Of a stretch of 64,000 nucleotides of DNA, positions 9,475-19,636 are shown one piece after another. The stretch lies in NCBI GenBank assembly GCA_017501665.1, contig JAFVWM010000034.1, positions 23,963 through 87,962 of the forward strand. Direction: 5' to 3'. The notes under the pieces are model-generated. The model did not search any database and had not been told where the DNA came from. It worked only from the letters and a program-made list of their open reading frames with translations. Source of the stretch: Alphaproteobacteria bacterium (lineage in GTDB: Bacteria > Pseudomonadota > Alphaproteobacteria > RF32 > CAG-239). Made by a program: the position numbers and the translations under genes. Each line of letters starts with the position of its first letter. The first letter of the stretch is position 1.

Positions 9475-11637
9475 TTATTGGTTTGCTCTGGCCACATATG
9501 ATACTACTTTAGACGCTTTCAACGCACTGATAATATCTGTCAAGTGTTTCAAATCTTTAACTTCAACATCAATTATCAACTCAAAATAGCTAATTGTTCT
9601 GTTGGTTATATTTAAGTTTGCAATATTACCCTCATGACGAGCAATTAAGTTTGACAAATCACCCAACGATCCCGGTTCGTTTGACAAAATCAACTTGATA
9701 CGTCCTACATGCATACCGTCCGTTGCGGCATCGCCCCACGAAATATCAAGCCACCTTTCAGGTTCTGCCGAATATTTTTCCAATGCTTTACAATCAATAG
9801 CGTGTACGGCCACACCTTTACCCGTTGTAACAATACCCACAATTCTATCCCCCGGCAACGGGTGGCAACAACCGGCAAAATGAACGGCCATCCCCGGAAT
9901 AAGACCTTTTATTTGCAAAGGTTCCGATTTAGATTTTTTACGTCCGACTTTTCCAAAACTTTTGGCAGCAATTGATTTAACAACCTTACCTATTTTAGAC
10001 TGCTTATAACTGGGGTATACTGCTCTTAAAACATCCCAAGCCGTTACTAACCCTTCACCGACTTTAGCATAAATATCTTCAACCGAATTAGCTTCAAAGT
10101 TAGGTAAAACTCCGACCAACCCTTTTTCGCTAAAGTCCAAATTTTCGCCCTTAAATGTACGCTCCAACATTTGTTCACCCAACGATACAAATTGTTCTCT
10201 CTTACTTGAACGAACATAACGACGAATGGCAGCTTTTGCTTTTCCCGTAACAACAAACCTGTCCCATTCCGGCGAAGGATGTTGGGCTTTTGATGTCAAA
10301 ATTTCAATTTGATCACCATTTTGTAAAATAGTTCTGAGCGGTTTTATTTCGCCGTTAATTTTAACACCGACACAGGTATTACCTACTTTTGAGTGAACTG
10401 CATAAGCAAAATCAACCGGTGTTGAATTAACCGGCAAACCGATTAAATCACCTTTTGGTGTAAAACAAAACACTTGGTCATTATACATTTCCAATTTGGT
10501 ATTTTCCAAAAACTCTTCAGGATTTGAAGCTTCTTCCAAAATCTCCAAAAGTTCTTGTATCCATCTGAAATTTTTACCTACTACTTTTTCACCTTGCTTA
10601 TAAGCCCAGTGAGCGGCCACGCCTTTTTCATTAACTTCGTGCATTTCTTGAGTTCTTATCTGAATCTCAATACGAGTATTTTCCGGACCGATTACACCTG
10701 TGTGTAATGACTTGTATCCGTTAGGTTTAGGCGTAGAAATGTAGTCCTTAAAACGTCTGGGAACCATATGATATTTACTGTGAACAATACCCAAAGCCTG
10801 ATAGCAAGCCCCGACATCATCAACAATAATTCTGAAAGCCATAATATCGGAAAGCTGTTCAAACGAAGCATTTTTCTTCTGCATTTTTCGCCAAATCGAA
10901 TATGGCGATTTTTCTCTGCCGAAAATATTTGCTCTAACACCACCTTCCAACATATCTTTTTCAAGTTGTTTTATAATCGCGGGAACAATATCGCTTCCTT
11001 GTTCTCTCAAAAAATTCAACCTTGCCGAAATAGATTCATAAGCTTCTTTATGAAGTTCGCGAAATGCAATCTCTTCTAATTCCGACTTAATTTCCTGCAT
11101 ACCGATTCTCTCGGCCAAAGGAGCATAAATATCTAAAGTTTCTCTGGCAATTCTGGCTCTTTTTTCATCAGCGCAAAAATGCAAAGTTCTCATATTATGC
11201 AATCTGTCAGCCAATTTTATCAAAAGAACTCTGATATCCTCTGACATTGCCAACAATAGCTTTCTGAAATTTTCAGCCTGTTTGGTATCTTTTGATTTAA
11301 TTTCAATCATTGCCAATTTGGTAAGTCCGTCAACAATTTGCGCAACTTGAGCCCCAAACAATTCTCTGATTTCTTCAACCGTCGCATCGGTATCTTCTAC
11401 CGTATCATGTAAAAGTCCTGCAATAATTGATGTCGAATCCAATTTAAACTTTGTTAAAATACCGGCTACTTCAATAGGATGAGAATAATACGGGTCGCCA
11501 GATGTTCTAAGTTGCGCACCATGCTTTTTCATTGCATATACGTAAGCACGGTTCAAAGCATCTTCATCTGCGTCCGTATCATAAGATTTTACCAAATCAA
11601 CTAATTCATATTGTCTTAACATTATCGTACTTTTCAA
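9475..11637 (-). CDS. spoT: bifunctional (p)ppGpp synthetase / hydrolase (RelA/SpoT homologue)
   Basis: HD hydrolase domain (HDTVEDT), synthetase domain (...EIQIRTQEMHEVNEKGVAAHWAYK), and TGS and ACT domains. The real start may be the MLRQYEL Met, 5 codons in. Confidence 0.95.
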   Translation of the reverse strand: MKSTIMLRQYELVDLVKSYDTDADEDALNRAYVYAMKKHGAQLRTSGDPYYSHPIEVAGILTKFKLDSTSIIAGLLHDTVEDTDATVEEIRELFGAQVAQIVDGLTKLAMIEIKSKDTKQAENFRKLLLAMSEDIRVLLIKLADRLHNMRTLHFCADEKRARIARETLDIYAPLAERIGMQEIKSELEEIAFRELHKEAYESISARLNFLREQGSDIVPAIIKQLEKDMLEGGVRANIFGREKSPYSIWRKMQKKNASFEQLSDIMAFRIIVDDVGACYQALGIVHSKYHMVPRRFKDYISTPKPNGYKSLHTGVIGPENTRIEIQIRTQEMHEVNEKGVAAHWAYKQGEKVVGKNFRWIQELLEILEEASNPEEFLENTKLEMYNDQVFCFTPKGDLIGLPVNSTPVDFAYAVHSKVGNTCVGVKINGEIKPLRTILQNGDQIEILTSKAQHPSPEWDRFVVTGKAKAAIRRYVRSSKREQFVSLGEQMLERTFKGENLDFSEKGLVGVLPNFEANSVEDIYAKVGEGLVTAWDVLRAVYPSYKQSKIGKVVKSIAAKSFGKVGRKKSKSEPLQIKGLIPGMAVHFAGCCHPLPGDRIVGIVTTGKGVAVHAIDCKALEKYSAEPERWLDISWGDAATDGMHVGRIKLILSNEPGSLGDLSNLIARHEGNIANLNITNRTISYFELIIDVEVKDLKHLTDIISALKASKVVSYVARANQ

Positions 11638-11741
11638 AACAAAAAAGTTTCAGCTTTAGATAAGCTTACACCTACATAGGTTAAATTAAGTTTAAATAGC
11701 CGAAACTTTTAATGCAAGAAAAAAATTATTTAGACAGTTAT

Positions 11742-12221
11742 TTATTCGTCATATTCATCCATACCATCAAAACCTTCGTCGCTGAAGAATTCTTCATCAC
11801 CTATTTCAACATCACTGTCCAAATCACCTTCCGTATCAACATCTACATCCATAACATCATCATCAGCACTATGAATTTGCATAGAATCTTCTAATTCCAC
11901 TTGAGGTAAAAGTCCTGAAAATTGTTCATCCAAGTCAGCCAATTCTCTTTCTGCAGCCATAATTTCAAGTTCTTCTTCTTCAGGTTCTTCAACCTCTACA
12001 TATTTTTGCAATCCCATAACGAGTGAACGTTGTAATTCTTCGATACTGATTGTCTCTTCGGCAATTTCACGCAATGCAACAACCGAATTCTTATCATTAT
12101 CTCGGTCTATCGTCAAAGGAGAACCTGAAGAAATATCTTTTGCACGTTGTGCCGCAACCATTAAAAGTTCATAGCGGTTAGGAATTTTATCAATACAATC
12201 TTCAACTGTTACGCGAGCCAT
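11742..12221 (-). CDS. rpoZ: DNA-directed RNA polymerase subunit omega, with a long acidic C-terminal tail
   Basis: [30 protein letters not shown] is the canonical omega N-terminus. The C-terminal ~70 aa are D/E-rich. Confidence 0.9.
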   Translation of the reverse strand: MARVTVEDCIDKIPNRYELLMVAAQRAKDISSGSPLTIDRDNDKNSVVALREIAEETISIEELQRSLVMGLQKYVEVEEPEEEELEIMAAERELADLDEQFSGLLPQVELEDSMQIHSADDDVMDVDVDTEGDLDSDVEIGDEEFFSDEGFDGMDEYDE

Positions 12222-12353
12222 CTTTTATAATCCTTTACTCAAAAATGTTATTACCAAAAAACAAATACTCGATTCGTTGCCGATATCTATAACTTATTTA
12301 AATTATAAAAAGCAAGAAAAAAATGATTTTATTATTAAATATTAAGCAGTTAG

Positions 12354-13601
12354 CTAAAACGAATAGATTCTATGGTTAAAGAAACTATATTTGAATTTTT
12401 TCAATTTTTCAACAAACTCTCTCCGATTCTTTCTATATTCCAAAACATCGTTCATCGGAACTTTATGAGCCTGTATAATACCTTGCATCAACGAAAATCT
12501 TACATTTTGTGTATAATTGCTCAAACTTTTGATTTCTCCGTCATAAACACCTTGCTGAAATTCTCTGATCATTCGAACCATATACGAAGTAACATTTGTT
12601 ACTCTGTGAGCTTTTATCGTTTTATCGCAGGTATACCCCCATTCCTCAATTGAAAAACCTTTTTTAGCAACAATCGCGCCCAATTCTTTATCTTTGCCCA
12701 AAATTTTGGATTTTTGAACAAATCTTGCACATGGATGTATCAAATCCATATACCCTGCCGGAACATATTTTCCTATTGCATCTTCCCTACCATATAAATT
12801 CCACAATATTGTCACTTTTGAAAACATATTTACGTTTTCATCTTTGTTGGCCCACGCATCAACCTCATCTAACGTAGCCAAAAAAGCCTTAATATCTGCC
12901 GATGTTAAAAGCGAATCTTTGGTCGGATGAAGTGTACGTAAATCACTTTTTGTTTTTTTTGTATCAGCTTTATATCCAGGCTGAAACTTCTCCGGTCTTA
13001 CTAATTTTTGTAATATCGTTCCCAAATTTTCGTTATAAATCAACTTAGGATAATAAGGGGTAATTTGCGGATATTCTATTTCCTCATCATATTCTCCCCA
13101 TGCTTCCGGCATAAGTAATGCATACAAATAGGTAGAAACATGTTCAATATTTTCAATATCTTTAACCGCTTCCGCAATTCTTGTCGGAAATTTATTTTTG
13201 GTTTCTTTAATTCCGGGAAGATTTAAGATTTTTTCCGACATATTCGGAACTTCAAACAACTGAGGTCCTATATACTGATAATATTTTTTAGGCATATGGT
13301 TCAAAAACTCGATATATTGATCTTCACTTTCACCTTTCAGTCGTTTTTCTTGCATACCGTATGACGCAATGGTTGTCTTAAACTCTTCATCAAAATCACC
13401 CAGCAAGTCAAAAAAACTTTCATATTTCTTATCATAAACCGCGTATTTTTTCAAAACATCATAAAGATCCGCCATTTGCGGAAGCTTGTCCTTTTCTATA
13501 TCTATTTCAAAAAAAGATGCAAAATCAGCAACTCCGGCACAAACCCTGTTTGCCGAAAAACAATATAACATTAACAAAAAAATAAGCCTTATTATTTTCA
13601 A
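12354..13601 (-). CDS. hypothetical secreted protein (415 aa)
   Basis: Clear N-terminal signal peptide (LIFLLMLYCFSANRVCAG). No motif recognised. Confidence 0.7.
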   Translation of the reverse strand: MKIIRLIFLLMLYCFSANRVCAGVADFASFFEIDIEKDKLPQMADLYDVLKKYAVYDKKYESFFDLLGDFDEEFKTTIASYGMQEKRLKGESEDQYIEFLNHMPKKYYQYIGPQLFEVPNMSEKILNLPGIKETKNKFPTRIAEAVKDIENIEHVSTYLYALLMPEAWGEYDEEIEYPQITPYYPKLIYNENLGTILQKLVRPEKFQPGYKADTKKTKSDLRTLHPTKDSLLTSADIKAFLATLDEVDAWANKDENVNMFSKVTILWNLYGREDAIGKYVPAGYMDLIHPCARFVQKSKILGKDKELGAIVAKKGFSIEEWGYTCDKTIKAHRVTNVTSYMVRMIREFQQGVYDGEIKSLSNYTQNVRFSLMQGIIQAHKVPMNDVLEYRKNRREFVEKLKKFKYSFFNHRIYSF

Positions 13602-13759
13602 TAAAAAACCTCATATTTTAATATTTTACTCAATAATATATCAAAAAGGTATAAAAAAGATAAACATAAATAAATTTATTTAAAAAATAGGCTGGACACT
13701 AAGAAAATATTGCAATATTATGTATCCATTAAGTTGTTAATTTTTTAGGAGATTTAAGA

Positions 13760-14350
13760 ATGGCTTGGACAGATGAAATGGTAGAAGAGCTCAAAAAACT
13801 TTGGGCCGAAGGCGTTACCACCGGAGAAATCGGCAAACGTCTCAACATTTCAAAAAACTCTATTGTCGGAAAAGTTCACCGACTGGGATTATCCGGTCGA
13901 CCATCCCCTATTAAGAAAAAATCAGACACACCTAAAGCAGAAAACATAACCAAACCTACAAAAGAAAAAAAGCCAGCTGTAAAAGTTACCAAAGAAGCAA
14001 AAATTGAAACTAAAAAAGTCTCTAAAAAAGAAACTCTCGCTGTAACAAAAAATCCCGAAGTAAATCAAACAATATCTCAAAATACATCAGATATCAAAGC
14101 AACTTTTTTAATAGAAACAGCTTCAGAAGAAGATGACATCAAACTAGCTAAAACAATAAATCATACCGATACACCTTCTTCTAAAACCGGTCGTTTATCA
14201 CTGGTGGAATTAGACAATCACACTTGCCGTTGGCCGATAGGCGATCCCAAAGATGAAAATTTTCATTTCTGTGGCAAAAAAATTCGTTTAGGACAAACTT
14301 ATTGTGAAGAACATGCTTCTATTGCGTATGTAAAACCAAACAAAAAATAA
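13760..14350 (+). CDS. gcrA: cell-cycle transcriptional regulator GcrA
   Basis: N-terminus MAWTDEMVEELKKLWAEGVTTGEIGKRLNISKNSIVGKVHRLGL and C-terminus CRWPIGDP...FCG...YCEEHASIAY are the two conserved GcrA blocks, separated by a Lys-rich linker. Confidence 0.9.
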   Translation: MAWTDEMVEELKKLWAEGVTTGEIGKRLNISKNSIVGKVHRLGLSGRPSPIKKKSDTPKAENITKPTKEKKPAVKVTKEAKIETKKVSKKETLAVTKNPEVNQTISQNTSDIKATFLIETASEEDDIKLAKTINHTDTPSSKTGRLSLVELDNHTCRWPIGDPKDENFHFCGKKIRLGQTYCEEHASIAYVKPNKK

Positions 14351-14370
14351 TTTTATTTTTATTACAAAAA

Positions 14371-14404
14371 AAGAAGTGATTAAAACAATCGCTTCTTTTT
14401 TTTG
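14371..14404 (+). terminator. intrinsic terminator after gcrA
   Basis: aagaagtgat-N10-atcgcttctt followed by a T-run. Confidence 0.5.
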
Positions 14405-14478
14405 TGCTCTATACTTCAAAATTTCCGATTAATTCATATATCACTAAAACAACAATTACAAAAAAAGGAAATATTGAT

Positions 14479-15708
14479 ATGAAAAAACAATTACTTTTAG
14501 CTAGTGTCTTTTCCGGCCTTATTATCTTTTCTGCCGATGCCTCCCAAACAAACACTACACCTGTTCCTAACAAGAACTCTGCAAAGGGAAGGATTATGCG
14601 TGCTGATAACAATCGTAATTTGAGTTTCTCTGATTTTGGCAAAGATTACTCCGATTTCAAAGATTATTTACAAAAAAGATATGGTCTAAGTTACTCATTG
14701 ACCACATCCTTTACACCACAATACGGTTCCCCTTCCGGTAAAGAAGCAGGTTTTCAAACCATTGTTTATCCGGCAATCACATGGGAAATGTTTAATAACA
14801 GATACGGTCAAATGACCTTAAATGCCGCATACAATGCTGTTCGTTATTCCGGAGCAGACGGCCAAAAAATTCAAAACAATATAAACGTTGTAACTCCGAT
14901 TAACGATTATTCTACCCAATCAAATGAGTTTCCGGAATTATACCTTACTTATCAACTTCCGGGAAAATATAATTGGCTAACCATCGGTGCCGGTCAATTT
15001 CCGATATATAACTTTGACGGAACATCATACGATTCTAACCAACAACAATATTTTATAAACTATGGTTTTTCGCAAAATGCCTCATCCTCATATTCTACTG
15101 CCGGACTTGGTTCATATTTACAAATAACTCCTGATCAGAATTGGAGCTTTGCTGCCGGTTTTCAAGATGCTACCAACATTACCGGTGACAGAATTTCAAC
15201 CTCAAATTTAGATGAAAAGCACTTTACCACCTTCGGCTATGTTTCATACAATCCGACGGTAAAGGGATTGGGTGACGGTCAATACACATTTTTGTATTAC
15301 AATCAACCGTGGGTCGAAGATCAACAACAAACAACAAACGGCTGGTCTCTTAATGCCTCTCAAAACATCGGAGACAAATGGTCTGTTTTTGGACGTATAA
15401 ACGGAGTATCAGGCGATATTGAAGAAATAGATAATTCTTATGTTTTAGGTGCCGTACTGAATAATCCTTTCGATCGCAACCCGTTAGATCAAATAGGCTT
15501 TGCTGCAGGATTTAACCATATCGATGAAGACGCTGTCGGCGAACCTCTCGAAAACGAATGGGAAAAAGTCTTGGAAGGTTATATCACATTCGGTGTTTCT
15601 AAATGGATGACCATTACACCTGATGTACAGGTATATTTTGATCCGGCACTTTCGCCAAAATCTGACAATGCCTTTGTGTTTTCAATACGCACAACCGTAT
15701 TTTTCTAA
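14479..15708 (+). CDS. outer-membrane beta-barrel porin (OprB/carbohydrate-selective-porin-like)
   Basis: ATG at 14479 behind AAGGAA. It has a signal peptide, alternating aromatic/polar strands, and a terminal ...FSIRTTVFF. The family assignment is tentative. Confidence 0.65.
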   Translation: MKKQLLLASVFSGLIIFSADASQTNTTPVPNKNSAKGRIMRADNNRNLSFSDFGKDYSDFKDYLQKRYGLSYSLTTSFTPQYGSPSGKEAGFQTIVYPAITWEMFNNRYGQMTLNAAYNAVRYSGADGQKIQNNINVVTPINDYSTQSNEFPELYLTYQLPGKYNWLTIGAGQFPIYNFDGTSYDSNQQQYFINYGFSQNASSSYSTAGLGSYLQITPDQNWSFAAGFQDATNITGDRISTSNLDEKHFTTFGYVSYNPTVKGLGDGQYTFLYYNQPWVEDQQQTTNGWSLNASQNIGDKWSVFGRINGVSGDIEEIDNSYVLGAVLNNPFDRNPLDQIGFAAGFNHIDEDAVGEPLENEWEKVLEGYITFGVSKWMTITPDVQVYFDPALSPKSDNAFVFSIRTTVFF

Positions 15709-15815
15709 TAAAAAAATTGTATATAAAATGGCAAATTTATCAAAGTTTAACTTTACAAAAAACATTCTTTTAAGCTAAAATCCAACAATAAATATAAGGA
15801 AGGTTTTGTAATACG

Positions 15816-16337
15816 ATGAAAAGATTTGCCATTTTAACTTTAGCAACATTACTGCTTGGTTGCCAAACAATAAATCAAGAAAATATCACTCCCTTGGAAA
15901 ACGAAGTATTACCAAAACAACAAAATAATACATCTCTTATAATCGGAGGTGTTGAATCCGTATACATTCCGCCTTTTGAAATTCCTTTTCAAGCGCGTAT
16001 AGATACCGGAGCCGCCACATCATCAATCGATGCTCAAAATATCACACCATTTGAACGAGACGGTGAAAAATGGATATCTTTCGATATCGTAAATAAAAAA
16101 ACATCTCAAAAACATCACTTTGAAAAACCTATCGTTCGTAAAACAAGCATAATCCGCACATTTCAAGAAGAAAAACGCTACGTTGTACATTTTGATATAA
16201 AAATAGGCGAAGAAATTATAGATACAGAATTTACCCTAAATGACCGTTCAAAATTTGAATATCAGGTACTTATCGGGCGCAACATCTTAAACGGCCGATT
16301 TATTGTAGATTCCTCTATCGAAAATACCTTACATTAG
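15816..16337 (+). CDS. retropepsin-like / 'ATP-dependent zinc protease' family protein (RimB-like), lipoprotein
   Basis: Lipobox LLGC. ARIDTGAATSSIDAQNI...FTLNDRSKFEYQVLIGRNILNGRFIVD matches the family usually linked to RimK-type ligases. Confidence 0.8.
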   Translation: MKRFAILTLATLLLGCQTINQENITPLENEVLPKQQNNTSLIIGGVESVYIPPFEIPFQARIDTGAATSSIDAQNITPFERDGEKWISFDIVNKKTSQKHHFEKPIVRKTSIIRTFQEEKRYVVHFDIKIGEEIIDTEFTLNDRSKFEYQVLIGRNILNGRFIVDSSIENTLH

Positions 16338-16350
16338 GACCGAAAACATT

Positions 16351-17877
16351 ATGAAAAACTCATTCCATGTCAGATTGTTTTTAGGCATTTTACTACTTTT
16401 TGCCATCTGCTTTTCAATTTACTCCATATACTATAAAACAAAATATTGGGGGTTTAGCTTATCTCCAAAACAAACATCTAACGTGTGGATGGTCGAGGCT
16501 CACATAAACTTTGTTGCTGATGGTGAAAATCCCATAACTGCCACGTTGCGTATTCCGACTAAAAACAGAGGTTTTAAAGTGTTGGACGAAAGCATTACTG
16601 CCAAAGGATATAAACATAAGAAATTGTCCGACAGAATAGTATTTTCCCGATCTTCAACAACCGGAGATCAAAATTTATATTATAAACTTATGGTTTTTGA
16701 CAACACCTTAGGTAAGGACAAACTTCGAGCACCAGCTCCCGAAAAAATAAAAAAACCTCTATGGAATGACCAAACCGTTACACAAGCAAAACAAATCCTG
16801 CATCTGTCAAAGCAACAAGACGGTCGTAACAGCATCGAAAAACTGATAAAATTTTTCAATCAAGAGCCGATGGATCCAACCTTAAAATCTATGTTGCCGG
16901 TTCAGTATTCACCTAAAACGGCTATTGAATTTATGATGAATCTTTTATCATTAGAAAACATTCCTACTCGTATTGCCCGTGGCATAAAACTTGAAGAAGG
17001 ACAAACACTATATCCTGATTTAATGTTAGAAGCCTACATAAATGGCGCCTGGTGGCTATATGATCCCCAAACAGGAAAACAAGGTTTACCCGATAATTTT
17101 TTGGTATTTCAACGAGGTGAAACATCTTTGTTGGACGTAACCGGCGGAACAGCTTCTTCCATAAAATTTTCCATGCAAAAATCCATAACTGCTTCAATGA
17201 ACTTAGCCGAAAGAAGAGCTCAACTTTCCAAAGATACAGGTTTATTCAATTACTCGATTTATAACTTGCCCATTGCCCAACAAAACACCTTAAAATGGCT
17301 TTCGGTATTCCCTATCGGTATTTTAATTGTTGTTTTAATGCGTAACATTGTCGGCATTCAAACAATGGGAACCTTTACCCCCATGTTAATATCCATGTCT
17401 TTGGTAAAAACAGGTTTCCTTACAGGGCTTGCTTGTTTTGTTGCCATTATTTTATTGGGTTTGGGCATCAGATTTCTTATGTCAAAGTTCAATCTCCTTT
17501 TAGTACCCCGAATTTCGGCAGTGGTAATTTTTGTAATTTTGATAATTCATGCCCTAACCATTATAGGCTACAATTTTGATATAAAAATAGCCCAAGCTTC
17601 GGTATTTTTTCCGATTATCATTACCGCTTGGATAATAGAGCGTGCATCTATTACTTGGGAAGAAGACGGACCTGTTAATGCTTCAAAAGAACTGTTAAAC
17701 AGCCTTATTGTAGGTATAATTGTTTATTTCGTAATCGCCAACGCCCATATTCGCCACATTATGTTTGCTTTTAATGAATTAAACATTGTTATTTTGCTTA
17801 TCGTAATGTTACTCGGCACATATACAGGTTATCGCCTAACCGAACTTAAACGCTTTGCTCCACTAGTAAAAAAATAA
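16351..17877 (+). CDS. membrane protein with an N-terminal transglutaminase-like domain fused to a ~7-TM C-terminal half
   Basis: One N-terminal TM, then a ~300-aa soluble region, then a dense block of hydrophobic helices from aa ~310 to the end. It lies between the protease-like and ATP-grasp genes, as in the known conserved triad. Confidence 0.7.
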   Translation: MKNSFHVRLFLGILLLFAICFSIYSIYYKTKYWGFSLSPKQTSNVWMVEAHINFVADGENPITATLRIPTKNRGFKVLDESITAKGYKHKKLSDRIVFSRSSTTGDQNLYYKLMVFDNTLGKDKLRAPAPEKIKKPLWNDQTVTQAKQILHLSKQQDGRNSIEKLIKFFNQEPMDPTLKSMLPVQYSPKTAIEFMMNLLSLENIPTRIARGIKLEEGQTLYPDLMLEAYINGAWWLYDPQTGKQGLPDNFLVFQRGETSLLDVTGGTASSIKFSMQKSITASMNLAERRAQLSKDTGLFNYSIYNLPIAQQNTLKWLSVFPIGILIVVLMRNIVGIQTMGTFTPMLISMSLVKTGFLTGLACFVAIILLGLGIRFLMSKFNLLLVPRISAVVIFVILIIHALTIIGYNFDIKIAQASVFFPIIITAWIIERASITWEEDGPVNASKELLNSLIVGIIVYFVIANAHIRHIMFAFNELNIVILLIVMLLGTYTGYRLTELKRFAPLVKK

Positions 17878-17886
17878 GGAAGTAAG

Positions 17887-18834
17887 ATGTTCGGGCTGTT
17901 CAAAAAATTTACAACTCCGCAAAAGTTACGTGAAAAAGGCATATTAGGAATGAATGCCCGCAATTTTCATATTATTTCAAAATGCAATCCGCGTAATTTA
18001 TATCCTCTGGTTGACGATAAGGTAACCACCAAAAATCTGGCAATCAAAAGCGGAGTGCAAACACCAGATATGATCGGAGTTATCGAACACCAATTTCAAG
18101 TAAGCAATATTTTAGACATGGTCAAAAATCATTCCGAATTTGTTGTAAAACCTTCTCATGGCTCGGGGGGCAAAGGTGTGCTGGTTATCAAAAGTTACAC
18201 CGAAGATACTTTCACTCTTCCCTCCGGCAAAATAATTACTTACAACGAATTATACCAACACATATCTAATATTTTAAGCGGGCTATATTCTCTCGGCGGT
18301 CGTTATGATACCGCTTTGATCGAAGAAGTCGTCCACTTTTCCGATATTTTCAAAGATTACAGCTATCAAGGTGTTCCCGATGTCAGAATTATTGTCTACA
18401 AAGGATATCCGATTATGGCAATGACGCGTCTATCAACAGCTTGCTCCGGAGGTAGAGCAAATCTTCATCAAGGAGCTGTCGGAGTCGGTTTAGATATTAA
18501 AACCGGCAAAACTAAAAAAGCCGTTCAACATAACATACCTATAACTCATCATCCCGACACCAATGCCGACCTGCGCAAAATTGAAGTACCTTTATGGAGA
18601 GAACATTTGCTTATTGCCGCAAAAGCCTACGAAATGACCGGTTTAGGTTATTTTGGCGCCGATATTGTACTCGATGCAAAAAAAGGACCAATGATGCTTG
18701 AGCTTAATGCCCGCCCCGGACTTGCAATTCAAATCGCTAACGGCAGTGGCCTAAAAAAAGCAATCAAAAAAATTGATAAAAAATATCCGCAAAATCTTAA
18801 TGCCGAAGAAAGAATAAATTTTATCTTAAGTTAA
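17887..18834 (+). CDS. alpha-L-glutamate ligase-like (RimK-related) ATP-grasp protein
   Basis: GMNARNFHIISKCNPRNLYPLVDDKVTTK...VVKPSHGSGGKGVLVI...MLELNARPGL are ATP-grasp motifs with the N-terminus typical of the RimK-related subgroup. Confidence 0.8.
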   Translation: MFGLFKKFTTPQKLREKGILGMNARNFHIISKCNPRNLYPLVDDKVTTKNLAIKSGVQTPDMIGVIEHQFQVSNILDMVKNHSEFVVKPSHGSGGKGVLVIKSYTEDTFTLPSGKIITYNELYQHISNILSGLYSLGGRYDTALIEEVVHFSDIFKDYSYQGVPDVRIIVYKGYPIMAMTRLSTACSGGRANLHQGAVGVGLDIKTGKTKKAVQHNIPITHHPDTNADLRKIEVPLWREHLLIAAKAYEMTGLGYFGADIVLDAKKGPMMLELNARPGLAIQIANGSGLKKAIKKIDKKYPQNLNAEERINFILS

Positions 18835-18902
18835 ATCTTTGCAATTTATCTTTTCAATACCTATATAAATAATAAATAAAAATTTTAAAGGAGAAATAAA
18901 TT

Positions 18903-19514
18903 ATGGCCGCAACCAAACAAATTAAAAATGCCGACACAAAAAAAATTGCCGATTCCAAGACCAAAAGTTTACCGGCAGATGAAACAAAACAATTAAAAAT
19001 GAGTGAAAGCAGAGCAAAAAAAATTAAACATTCATACAAAGTAAAAGATGCCGAAAATTCTTTATTGCTAAAATTAAAAGACGGCGATGTCGTAATCGAA
19101 ATGTATCCCGATGTTGCACCAAACCACGTTACCCGTATAAAAGAGTTGGTACGTTCCGAATTTTATAACGGTCTGAAGTTTCACCGTGTAATTGACGGTT
19201 TTATGGCTCAAACAGGCTGTCCTTACGGCAACGGCACCGGCGGTTCCGGAAAAAAACTCAAAGCCGAATTTAATCGCACTCCTCACAAACGAGGAACGGT
19301 TTCTATGGCTCGTTCAATGTTTCCGGATTCTGCCGACAGCCAATTTTTTATCTGTTTTAATGATTGTTCATGGTTAGACGGTCAATATACCGTTTGGGGT
19401 GAAGTAACAGCCGGCATGGAATATGTCGATATGATAAAAAAAGGTCAAGGAGCCAATGGTGAGGTCAAAGACCCCGATGAAATAATCTCAGTACAAGTAA
19501 TTGCCGATATATAA
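18903..19514 (+). CDS. peptidyl-prolyl cis-trans isomerase, cyclophilin type, with a Lys-rich N-terminal extension
   Basis: FHRVIDGFMAQTGCP...GNGTGG...SMARS...DSADSQFFI. A strong RBS, AAGGAG, lies 9 nt before the ATG at 18903. Confidence 0.9.
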   Translation: MAATKQIKNADTKKIADSKTKSLPADETKQLKMSESRAKKIKHSYKVKDAENSLLLKLKDGDVVIEMYPDVAPNHVTRIKELVRSEFYNGLKFHRVIDGFMAQTGCPYGNGTGGSGKKLKAEFNRTPHKRGTVSMARSMFPDSADSQFFICFNDCSWLDGQYTVWGEVTAGMEYVDMIKKGQGANGEVKDPDEIISVQVIADI

Positions 19515-19527
19515 TAATTATAAAAAA

Positions 19528-19561
19528 TACAGCCTCGACTAAATCGAGGCTGTATTTTTTT
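19528..19561 (+). terminator. intrinsic terminator after the cyclophilin gene
   Basis: tacagcctcga / tcgaggctgta is an 11-bp stem followed by a T-run. Confidence 0.65.
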
Positions 19562-19636
19562 ATCCGTCATTTATCCCAATCTAAAATTTTCCATTATAAA
19601 AACAAATACAAAATAGCTGGAACAGAAAACCTTTTT

